This document shows positions 29,151 to 36,925 of a stretch of DNA of 41,573 nucleotides, piece after piece. The DNA lies in assembly GCA_029258795.1 (NCBI GenBank), contig JAPDKB010000006.1, forward strand, positions 1-41,573. Direction: 5' to 3'. Below the pieces are notes generated by a model. It was not told where the DNA came from, made no database searches, and was given only the letters and a program-made list of their open reading frames with translations. The stretch's first letter is position 1, and every line of letters begins with the position of its first letter. This stretch comes from an archaeon (GTDB lineage: Archaea > EX4484-52 > WAPT01). Made by a program: the position numbers and the translations under genes.

Positions 29151-29602
29151 AAGGGTTAATCAGGGATGTTTTCGATGCTCTTTTCAAGATAAAGGTGGAT
29201 GACCTGAAGGGATGGGAGGATACGCACCTGACAGACACGATGTGTGAGAGGATAAAGGAATGTCTTCCTGAAGGTATTGATGTAAGGCATACGCATATTT
29301 CCGGGTCTTCATTTTATGGTAAAGGCTTCTATCCTGACATAGTGGTGGAAAAGGATAGTATAAAAATTGCGATAGAGATAAAACTAATAAATAAATTTCA
29401 GAATCCTGCCCCTACAAGACAAATTGCGGCAGGGATTGGTCAGTGTTTGGTCTATACCTGGTGCGGGTATGACTCTGCCTTTCTTTTTGTAATAGACCAC
29501 TGCGGGGTTCTGAAACGAGAAAATCCCGAACTTTTATTTGAAAAATTCCTCTGGCATCACCACAAAATAAAGGTTGTTATAAGAAAATTTCCACATTATT
29601 AA
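29147..29602 (+). CDS. Small PD-(D/E)XK nuclease-fold protein
   Basis: YPDIVV...IAIEIK and GIGQCLVY. ATGA overlap with the addA stop and an AGGAGG SD. Confidence 0.65.
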   Translation: MKGLIRDVFDALFKIKVDDLKGWEDTHLTDTMCERIKECLPEGIDVRHTHISGSSFYGKGFYPDIVVEKDSIKIAIEIKLINKFQNPAPTRQIAAGIGQCLVYTWCGYDSAFLFVIDHCGVLKRENPELLFEKFLWHHHKIKVVIRKFPHY

Positions 29603-29947
29603 GGAGCAAATGCATCCTTTCTCACCCTAAATCGGCTCTTTGTCAAAAATGACTGACTTTGAGATGGTGTTTAACGACGTTTTTCAGGTTTTGGTGTGTT
29701 GCTTGACTTTTGATATTTGATTACTCATCCTCAATTGGGGTTGGAAAAGAGATAAAAATAATAAAAGAGGCTTAAAAATGAAATACAGAAACAATGGGTC
29801 TCTTTCTCATGAAGATATCAGGTGTAAAATTTCCAGGGTTGAGCCTGCGGGTGAGAGTTGAAAAACCCGAGCGCACCTCAGGGGGTTATCTTCTTTATGC
29901 CTGGTTTCTTTTTATGGTAATGCTTCCGAGATTGATGGGAGATGTTT

Positions 29948-30424
29948 TTATTTACCTTCCAGTTTTCTCACTCTTTCATTTAATTCTGCAATAACTTTTC
30001 TCAGGTGCATGACCTCCTTTTTCAGTCGCTCTATCTCTTCATATTCACGTCCTTCCTTATGTGTTTCTAAATGCGTCTGTTCTGATGAAGGAGGAACCTC
30101 AACATCTCCTTTTATAACCTGTTCAACAATATCTCTGATCTTGCCGTAAACACCTGCAAAAGGTCTAACACCAAGCTGGGCAAACCATTCCTGTGCCCTT
30201 GGACCCATTCCCCCTGCGAACACCATATTTGCTCCTTTACCTGCTATATACCGGGGAATTTCTCCCGGATTGTGTGATTGGGCACCAGGGTTTGGTTCAA
30301 CAAAAACATTTTTTACCTCATTTCCTTCAATTTCAACAAATGTATAGAAAGGACATCTTCCAAAATGATAACTCACAACACTATCAAGTCCTCTATCATC
30401 ATCCGATGCAAAGGCGAGTATCAT
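29948..30424 (-). CDS. NifB/NifX (dinitrogenase FeMo-cofactor-binding) family protein with C-terminal coiled coil
   Basis: VSYHFGRCPFYTFVE and AGGMGPRA. AGGAGG SD on the minus strand. Confidence 0.88.
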   Translation of the reverse strand: MILAFASDDDRGLDSVVSYHFGRCPFYTFVEIEGNEVKNVFVEPNPGAQSHNPGEIPRYIAGKGANMVFAGGMGPRAQEWFAQLGVRPFAGVYGKIRDIVEQVIKGDVEVPPSSEQTHLETHKEGREYEEIERLKKEVMHLRKVIAELNERVRKLEGK

Positions 30425-30484
30425 GATACCTCCTTTGTTTCGTTTATTTCGTTGGTCTCGTTGCTGCCAACAACCATCTTTATC

Positions 30485-30805
30485 TTAATATCTGTTTCTC
30501 TTTTTGGCAATTTTCTCGGCATCTTTAATCAGGTTCAGCACATCGTCAGAGCTCAGTCTGTAATACACCTCTGCACCTTTTTTCCTGCTTACGACCAACC
30601 CTGCCATTTGAAGAATTGCAAGGTGGCGTGAGACAACGGATGGGTGGATAGAAAACAAGGAGGCAATCTCAGAGACATTCTGTTCTCCATATTTTAATGC
30701 TTCAAGGATATGTATTCTGTGCTCACAGGCAAGCGCCTTAAAAATCACCGTCCTTGAGTCGCCAGCACCGTATTTCCAATGTTTCATATTTGCATATCTG
30801 TGCAT
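30485..30805 (-). CDS. ArsR/SmtB family transcriptional regulator
   Basis: IFKALA..HRIHIL, VSRHLAILQMAGLV and GAEVYYRL. Start is at 30805 or 30787. Confidence 0.92.
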   Translation of the reverse strand: MHRYANMKHWKYGAGDSRTVIFKALACEHRIHILEALKYGEQNVSEIASLFSIHPSVVSRHLAILQMAGLVVSRKKGAEVYYRLSSDDVLNLIKDAEKIAKKRNRY

Positions 30806-30811
30806 GTGCGT

Positions 30812-30839
30812 AATATAACATTAAATTTTGTGCTGTCAA
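30812..30839 (-). promoter_or_regulatory. sigma70-type promoter of the arsR-nifX-like operon
   Basis: Minus strand: TTGACA (30839-30834), 16-nt spacer, TATATT (30817-30812) with TGn extension. Confidence 0.7.
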
Positions 30840-31109
30840 GGGGTAATTCAGGATTATTTGGAAAAATATTTAATTCTTCGTATCCTGAATGGAGGTATTT
30901 ATCGGCTGTCCTGCTTTTATGACCTGTGGCACAGCCTCGGTTTGCTCCTTACATCTTTTTCATCTCCTTCTCTGGAGGAAGAAGATAAAGAGAGAACGCC
31001 GGTGAAAGGGTGATTGTCAGCAGTGAGACGCAAGCTGACAGCTGATTCCTCTGGGGTTTTGAGACAAACTCAGCAATCTGCCCTGAGATTCCGGTCTTTT
31101 AGGAGCCTG

Positions 31110-31214
31110 TCAGGTATAAGGTAAGCATACTCCAGAACCCATAACCCCGGAACCGCATCCACAAAAGCCCTCCTCCAACACCTTAAAGAAAAGTGATAAC
31201 AATCTCCTGCCCAT
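31110..31214 (-). CDS. Possible 34-aa peptide MGRRLLSLFFKVLEEGFCGCGSGVMGSGVCLPYT
   Basis: Own translation; divergent from the ABC exporter. An AGGAGG lies upstream but 14 nt from the ATG. Confidence 0.25.
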   Translation of the reverse strand: MGRRLLSLFFKVLEEGFCGCGSGVMGSGVCLPYT

Positions 31215-31274
31215 TTTACATTCTATGGCCTCCTTTTACTTGACTTTTTATTTGAAAGGAGGTAAGAATTAAAT

Positions 31275-32948
31275 ATGAAAATGAGAAAGAGCTTTTTATT
31301 ATTCTTAATTTTACCAGTATGTATCACCTTATTGCTTTCACGGATATATTATCTCCTCACCCCTTTATTACTTGCTTTTATTATTGATGCTTTATCCTCT
31401 TCTGATATTTCCAGTTTCCGATTATGCTTTCCCATACTTCTTTTTTCTTCCTTAATTCTTGCACTGAGTTATCCTCTTGGTTCATTCCTCTTGGGAATGT
31501 TCAGAGAAAATCTTATTTATAGCACACGCATGCAGGTAGTGAAGGTATTTTCCCGTGGAGATTTTTCTGCGGTTTCAACCTGTGGAAGCGGAAATTTTGT
31601 TTCTGTTCTCGATACGGATATCCCGGTTTTCTTTTCTTTTCTTACAGAGCGATTGTTTCAACTTCCTTTTGACCTTGCAATGTCTTTCTTTGTTATTTTT
31701 CTCTTTTTCAAAATATCCCCTTTCTTTGCAGGACTTCTTCTTTCCTTTGGCATTATCATAACGATTCTTTCCCACGTATCATCCCGGAGACTGAGGGAAA
31801 AGTCTCATGGAGCTCAGGTAGCAAAGGGGAGACTGAGGCAGTTTTTAACCGAAACTTTGAGAGGGATATGGGTAGTCAAGGCGATGTGTGCTGAAAGATG
31901 GAGAAAGAAAGGATTTGAAAAACTTCAGGAAAGAGAAACAGAGAAATCTCTGGAAAGGCACCTTTTCAGCGGGTTTGTAATGCTCTGGAATCATTCAGGA
32001 GCAAGGGTAATAGCGCTTGCCATTCTTCTTGCAGGAGGAATTGCAATGCTTGATGGAAAGATTAGTTTGGGAATGCTGTTCTTTTATCTCACGGTTGGTC
32101 CTCTTGTTTTCTCTCCCTTTTATTATTTCATTTCTCTTGTTAGGGACTACCGCATCTCCTCCGGGGCTTATCGTCGCATCTTTTCCATGCTGAATATCCC
32201 TACCGAGTTTTCTGGTTCTGGTGGTTGGGTTGGTGGGAGGATTGAATTTAAGGATATCTGGTTTTCGTATGGGGATGAGTGGGTGCTTAAGGGTGTAAGT
32301 TTTGCGGTTGAGCCTGGGGAGCATGTTGCTCTGGTTGGCAGGAGTGGGGCTGGTAAAAGTACTCTTGTCAATTTGCTTTTGAGGTTCTATGAACCTCAGA
32401 GGGGTAAGATAAGGGTTGGAGGGATGGATGTGAGGGATATAGATCTTGGGGTTTTGAGGGGCAGGATAGGCATGGTTCCTCAGGATGTTTTTATATTTTC
32501 CGGGACTTTGAGGGAGAATATTCTTATGGGGATGGATGTTGATGAGGAGAGGCTTGAGAAGGTGATAAGGATGGCGGGGATTGACAGGATACTGGAGAAG
32601 TTGCCGGAGGGCTTGGATTCTGTGGTGGGTGAGGGGGGATACGGTCTTTCTGGTGGTGAGAGGCAGAGGGTTGGTATAGCGAGGGTTTTATTGAGGGAGC
32701 CTGAGGTGGTGATATTTGATGAGGCTATGAGTGCTCTGGATTCTTATTCTGAAATGAAGATAAAAGAATTTATTGAGGATTGGGGTAAGGGCAGGACTTT
32801 TGTGGTGATAGCGCACAGGTGGTCAACGGTGAGGGATTTTCCTTCGGTTCTTTTTCTGCATGAAGGCAGGGTGATAAAAAGCACCCATGAGGAATTGATG
32901 AGAATAAAAGAATACAGAGAAATGTTCAAAGGAGAGGAGGGGAAATGA
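31275..32948 (+). CDS. ABC exporter (fused TMD-NBD, no peptidase domain)
   Basis: Hydrophobic N-half, GRSGAGKS, VPQD, LSGGERQR, VIFDEAMSALD and IAHR. Confidence 0.93.
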   Translation: MKMRKSFLLFLILPVCITLLLSRIYYLLTPLLLAFIIDALSSSDISSFRLCFPILLFSSLILALSYPLGSFLLGMFRENLIYSTRMQVVKVFSRGDFSAVSTCGSGNFVSVLDTDIPVFFSFLTERLFQLPFDLAMSFFVIFLFFKISPFFAGLLLSFGIIITILSHVSSRRLREKSHGAQVAKGRLRQFLTETLRGIWVVKAMCAERWRKKGFEKLQERETEKSLERHLFSGFVMLWNHSGARVIALAILLAGGIAMLDGKISLGMLFFYLTVGPLVFSPFYYFISLVRDYRISSGAYRRIFSMLNIPTEFSGSGGWVGGRIEFKDIWFSYGDEWVLKGVSFAVEPGEHVALVGRSGAGKSTLVNLLLRFYEPQRGKIRVGGMDVRDIDLGVLRGRIGMVPQDVFIFSGTLRENILMGMDVDEERLEKVIRMAGIDRILEKLPEGLDSVVGEGGYGLSGGERQRVGIARVLLREPEVVIFDEAMSALDSYSEMKIKEFIEDWGKGRTFVVIAHRWSTVRDFPSVLFLHEGRVIKSTHEELMRIKEYREMFKGEEGK

Positions 32949-33319
32949 AAAAGATAATGATAATATCCATGGTTCTTTTTGTTATTGTTCTTTCTCTTTC
33001 CTTTCTTTTCTTTTATCTTCTTTTCTCCATAAAAGTGGAGGAAGAGATCGAGGTAAATGCTGAGGTTAAGGAAGGCAGATTCTGGTGTGAGATCCCTGAA
33101 ACATGGAGGTTAAAAGAAGGGGATACCCTGAGGGTTGAATGTGGGAATAAAATTTTGCGAGGAATGATAGTAAAAAAGAGAGAGGCTCAAACTTTAATCT
33201 CGGTTCCACTCCCTGATACTTCACTTTCCCTAATCCTGCATTCTTCCCCCTTTCCCATTGGTAAAAAAATATTCCTTCTCTACCTCCAGCGCCTTGGGCC
33301 TCGTAAGTATTCCAGATAG
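32945..33319 (+). CDS. Single-TM hypothetical protein, possibly a minimal HlyD-like accessory
   Basis: ATGA overlap with the ABC gene and GGAGG SD. N-terminal anchor followed by a short beta-rich domain. Confidence 0.55.
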   Translation: MKKIMIISMVLFVIVLSLSFLFFYLLFSIKVEEEIEVNAEVKEGRFWCEIPETWRLKEGDTLRVECGNKILRGMIVKKREAQTLISVPLPDTSLSLILHSSPFPIGKKIFLLYLQRLGPRKYSR

Positions 33320-33519
33320 ACCGTGCATACATGAATTACACAAGATTATTCGCCTATTAATTTGGGTTTTTCTCTATGTTTTGTCAGAAATTTTTCATTT
33401 TTTCCGTAAAAATTCGGGTGTTTGCCAAGAATTATTGATGATCTTCGAGATATATGTTTTTAACATGGTTTCATCTCCTTTCTTATTCATAGCCAAGTTT
33501 GTATGAATTGAGTTTTCCC

Positions 33520-33548
33520 TTGACAAAATACGACCTGCTTGTTATATT
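33520..33548 (+). promoter_or_regulatory. sigma70-type promoter of hsdM
   Basis: TTGACA, 17-nt spacer, TATATT with TGn extension. AGGAGG precedes ATG 33615. Confidence 0.75.
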
Positions 33549-33614
33549 TAGATAAGCATTAAGTATGTAAACTTATCTTTTTGGTGGGGGAAGCGCAGGT
33601 CAAGAAAGGAGGGA

Positions 33615-35375
33615 ATGATGCTGCCGAGATGGCTTGAAAGGAGGTATGGGGTTTTGTGGGAGGAGTTTGGGGAAAGGGAGTTCAGGTTTGAGGAGGCGAA
33701 GAGGGTGTTGCTGGAGCAAATGGAGGATGATGAGGAGCAGGTGAATGCCATCCTCAATGAACTCAAAAAGAGGGGGGTGCTGGAGGTAAAGGCGGACCCG
33801 GAGGATGCGAGGAAGAAGATTTACAGATTGAAGAGCAGGGAGAAAATAGTTTCTCAATTGCTTCTTTTCAATGAGGAGAAACTCACAAGGGGAGAACTGG
33901 AGGCACTTTTAAAGAGAGCCGCAGACTTGATAAGAACCAGAGTGGATTACACGTTCATACTCGTTCTCTTATTTTACAAAAGGATTTGCGACAAGTGGAA
34001 AAAGGAATACGAGGAGGCATACCGGGAGGCACTGCAGGATGGGTTGAGTAAAGAGGAGGCGGAAAAGGAGGCAAAAAGCACCGCATACCACGATTTTGAT
34101 ATTCCAGAAGAATATCTGTGGGATAACCTGAGAAAAAATCCTGCAGAACTGCCTGAGAGATTCTCCTCTGCAATGAAAGCCCTTGCCGAGAAAAATCCGG
34201 ACCTGAGGGATGTTTTTGAGAATATTGATTTTATACAGTTCACCCAGAGCAGGGAAAATGCGGAAATTTTGAGACAACTTGTGGAACTCTTCAGTTCCCG
34301 TTCCCTTCACAATGTCTCCCCCGATATCCTGGGGGATGCATACGAGTGGATACTCCGATACTTTGCACCACAGAAGGCAAAAGAGGGGGAGGTTTACACT
34401 CCAAGAGAGGTGATAAAACTCATGGTGGAAATCCTTGACCCCATTCCCCACGAAAGGGTTTACGACCCTGCATGTGGTTCAGGAGGAATGCTTATTGTCG
34501 CGTATAAGCACGTGGAGGAGGAGAGGGGAAAGAGCGAGGCGGACAAACTCTTTCTTTACGGTGAAGAGATAAACCCGAAGACCCTTGCACTGGCAAGAAT
34601 GAACCTTTATATACACGAGATAAAAAATGCACAGTTGAGGCAGGGGGATACACTCCTCCGCCCGAAGTTTAAAGAAAAGTTTGATGTTATCATCACAAAT
34701 CCACCCTGGAACCAGAAGGGATACGATGAAAAAACACTCAAAAAGGGAGAATTCTGGAAAGAAAGATTTAAATATGGATTCCCGGCAAAGCAGTCCGCAG
34801 ACTGGGCATGGATACAGCATCTCATAGCATCTGCGAAAGAGAAAGGAAGAATAGGGGTTGTGATTGACAACGGGGCGCTTTTCAGGGGAGGGAAGGAGAA
34901 GGTTATAAGAAGCGGGGTTATTGAGGATGACCTGATTGAATGCGTGGTACTGCTTCCTGAAAAACTCTTTTACAACACGGGAGCGCCGGGAGCGATAATA
35001 ATTTTAAACATGGACAAACCCGAAGAGAGAAGGAATAAAATCCTTTTCATAAACGCAAGCAGGGAATACGAACAGCATCCTGAGGTGAGGAAGTTAAACA
35101 GACTGGGGGATAAGCACATCGAAAAAATCGTTGAGGCATACCGGAAGTTTGCAGAGATTGAGGGATTTTCAAGACCTGTCCCTGTGGAGGAAATAAAGGA
35201 GAATGATTACAACCTCAACGTAACCCTCTACGTCTTCCCGGAAGAGGATGAAGAACCCATAGACGTTTCCTCCGAATGGAAGGAACTCCAGAAACTTGAG
35301 ACCGAACTTGAAAAACTGGAAGAAAAAATCAAAAACCACCTCCACGAACTGGAATACCTGAAAGATGAGGAATGA
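33615..35375 (+). CDS. hsdM: Type I restriction-modification methyltransferase subunit M with N-terminal winged-helix extension
   Basis: AADLIR, LGDAYEWIL, GEVYTPREV, YDPACGSGG, NPPW, GALFRGG, LPEKLFYNTG and DYNLNV. Confidence 0.95.
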   Translation: MMLPRWLERRYGVLWEEFGEREFRFEEAKRVLLEQMEDDEEQVNAILNELKKRGVLEVKADPEDARKKIYRLKSREKIVSQLLLFNEEKLTRGELEALLKRAADLIRTRVDYTFILVLLFYKRICDKWKKEYEEAYREALQDGLSKEEAEKEAKSTAYHDFDIPEEYLWDNLRKNPAELPERFSSAMKALAEKNPDLRDVFENIDFIQFTQSRENAEILRQLVELFSSRSLHNVSPDILGDAYEWILRYFAPQKAKEGEVYTPREVIKLMVEILDPIPHERVYDPACGSGGMLIVAYKHVEEERGKSEADKLFLYGEEINPKTLALARMNLYIHEIKNAQLRQGDTLLRPKFKEKFDVIITNPPWNQKGYDEKTLKKGEFWKERFKYGFPAKQSADWAWIQHLIASAKEKGRIGVVIDNGALFRGGKEKVIRSGVIEDDLIECVVLLPEKLFYNTGAPGAIIILNMDKPEERRNKILFINASREYEQHPEVRKLNRLGDKHIEKIVEAYRKFAEIEGFSRPVPVEEIKENDYNLNVTLYVFPEEDEEPIDVSSEWKELQKLETELEKLEEKIKNHLHELEYLKDEE

Positions 35376-35378
35376 AAA

Positions 35379-35421
35379 ATTAGGACTTGAAATACTAAAG
35401 ATTAGGATATAAGATACTAAT
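35379..35421. repeat. Two tandem 21-bp imperfect inverted repeats (probable operators)
   Basis: ATTAGGActtgaaATACTAAa (35379-35399) and ATTAGGAtataagATACTAAt (35401-35421), period 22 bp. Confidence 0.8.
35387..35415 (+). promoter_or_regulatory. sigma70-type promoter for a leaderless nucleotidyltransferase operon
   Basis: TTGAAA, 17-nt spacer, TAAGAT. ATG 35422 follows after a 6-nt gap with no SD. Confidence 0.7.
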
Positions 35422-36015
35422 ATGAAACTGGGTAAGGAGAATGTAGATAGAATATTTAAGGCACTTGAGAGGCAGATTGAAATCCACGGGGGAAAACCGG
35501 TCTCCCTTGTGGTTATAGGTGGAACTGCGCTTGTGGTTCAGGAAGTTACTTCCCGAACTACCAGGGATGTGGACATACTGGGAGAGGCGATTGAAAAAGA
35601 GGGAAGAGTAGAAATTCGGAAAATGGAGGAGATTCCCGAATTTTTGAAAAAGGCGGCGGCTGTGGTTCAGAGAGATTTTAATCTTCCGGAGAACTGGCTC
35701 AATACCGGTCCTGCATCTCAAATAGATCTTGGGCTGCCTCCAGGATTTGAATCAAGGCTTGTGAGAAAGAAGTACGGAGATTATCTCACGGTGTATTTTG
35801 CCTCCAGGATTGATCTTATACATTTCAAACTTTTCGCTGCTGTGGATAGGGGTGGATACCATGTTGAGGATTTAAAACTGCTCAATCCTTCAGAGGAAGA
35901 AATGGAACAGGCGGCAAGATGGGTTTTAACACATGATGTCTCTCCAGAATTTCGAGAAATTCTTAAACAATGTCTCAAGGAGTTGGGATATGGAAAAGTC
36001 ACTGAAAGAATTTAA
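35422..36015 (+). CDS. Pol-beta superfamily nucleotidyltransferase (AbiEii/DUF6036-like), putative toxin
   Basis: VVIGGTAL...SRTTRDVD (GG[T/S]...RxTxDxD), WLN, KLFA and a later DL. Confidence 0.85.
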   Translation: MKLGKENVDRIFKALERQIEIHGGKPVSLVVIGGTALVVQEVTSRTTRDVDILGEAIEKEGRVEIRKMEEIPEFLKKAAAVVQRDFNLPENWLNTGPASQIDLGLPPGFESRLVRKKYGDYLTVYFASRIDLIHFKLFAAVDRGGYHVEDLKLLNPSEEEMEQAARWVLTHDVSPEFREILKQCLKELGYGKVTERI

Positions 36016-36922
36016 ATCTCGCTTTATTGACCTTCTTCTGGAGGTCATGTGGAGGCAGTGGACGGCTCTCGGGATTGCCTCCCATGTGGAACCGGAGGAT
36101 AAGTGGTTGATAGACCCTGAGGCGCTTCTTTTTGGTGTGTTTTTTGTCCGTGATAGGGACAAAAGGCTTTTTGAGGCTGTGGAGGAGTGGGTTCGTGAAA
36201 ATCACAGGTTTATAAGCACCGCGCGAATGAAAAAAATAGAGAAAAGTATTTATGGCAGGGCTTTCAGGCATGATTTTATTAGGAAATGGGAAGATGCAAA
36301 GTATATTCGTTTATATTACACTCATGTTATATCCACACAGAGAGAAAATAAAGCAAAAGAAATTCTTGCCCCTGTTTCTCTCCTTCACCCCCCTCTTCTT
36401 CGTCTCCGGTTAAGAGAAATCTTGGGCCAAAATCCACGAGTGGAAATTCTCATATACTTCTTATACCATGATACCGGAAATTCTCTCTCCATTGCAAAGG
36501 AGGTTTTTCTTGACCAGAAGTCCGTTTATAATGTGCTTGAAGCCTGGGTAAAGGTGGGGATGCTTGAAAAGGTGGGAGGGAAGAAAAAGGGATATCGTAT
36601 AAATTCAGAGGCAAGAAAAACATGGTTAAAAATACTCGGGCTCAATAGACTTCCCTCCTATCTCAACTGGGGAAGGCTTTATATTTCACTCTCAATAATC
36701 CTCAAAGCCCTTGAAACTCCTCCATGGAATAAAGATGTTTATCTTCTTTCCTCTCTATTTCGTGATCTTTATGGTGAAATTAAGGAAACAGCAGGAGAGA
36801 TATCCACTCCCCCCTCACCTGAACTTTATCAGGGAGAGGAATTTTTTGAGCCTTTCTCCCGATACCTCATCGGACTTCTGGAAGGAATTATGGGAAAGAA
36901 GAAAAAGAGAGAAAAGATATGA
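35990..36922 (+). CDS. Unknown two-domain protein with a wHTH, putative antitoxin or regulator
   Basis: Overlaps the NTase gene by 26 nt. N-domain WRQWTALG...IDPEALL...DKRLF; wHTH-like segment RVEILIYF...SLSIAKEVFLDQKSVYNVLEAWVKVGML...KKGYRI. Confidence 0.7.
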   Translation: MEKSLKEFKSRFIDLLLEVMWRQWTALGIASHVEPEDKWLIDPEALLFGVFFVRDRDKRLFEAVEEWVRENHRFISTARMKKIEKSIYGRAFRHDFIRKWEDAKYIRLYYTHVISTQRENKAKEILAPVSLLHPPLLRLRLREILGQNPRVEILIYFLYHDTGNSLSIAKEVFLDQKSVYNVLEAWVKVGMLEKVGGKKKGYRINSEARKTWLKILGLNRLPSYLNWGRLYISLSIILKALETPPWNKDVYLLSSLFRDLYGEIKETAGEISTPPSPELYQGEEFFEPFSRYLIGLLEGIMGKKKKREKI

Positions 36923-36925
36923 ATG

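Noticed and set aside
29603-29947. Intergenic short ORFs (29778, 29794) and a CGGGT/ACCCG hairpin
   Set aside because: No recognisable protein, and the stem is short enough to arise by chance.
29948-30424. Evidence for nitrogen fixation
   Set aside because: NifB/NifX-family domains are common in non-diazotrophs, and no nif genes are in the window.
30990-31060. c-di-GMP, glycine or cobalamin riboswitch (GACGCAAGC and GGTGAAA fragments)
   Set aside because: Only isolated fragments match, and their order and spacing do not fit the consensus structures.
33320-33510. ORF 33258-33506 (+) and a 23-aa minus-strand ORF from 33466 with an AAGGAG SD
   Set aside because: No motifs and very short. Probably intergenic sequence or decayed remnants.
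33545-33573. dif/Xer-like site (TATTTAGATAA-gcattaa-GTATGTAAACT)
   Set aside because: The right arm resembles XerD sites, but the spacing is 7 rather than 6 and the left arm is weak. It overlaps the hsdM promoter, so an operator is the simpler explanation.
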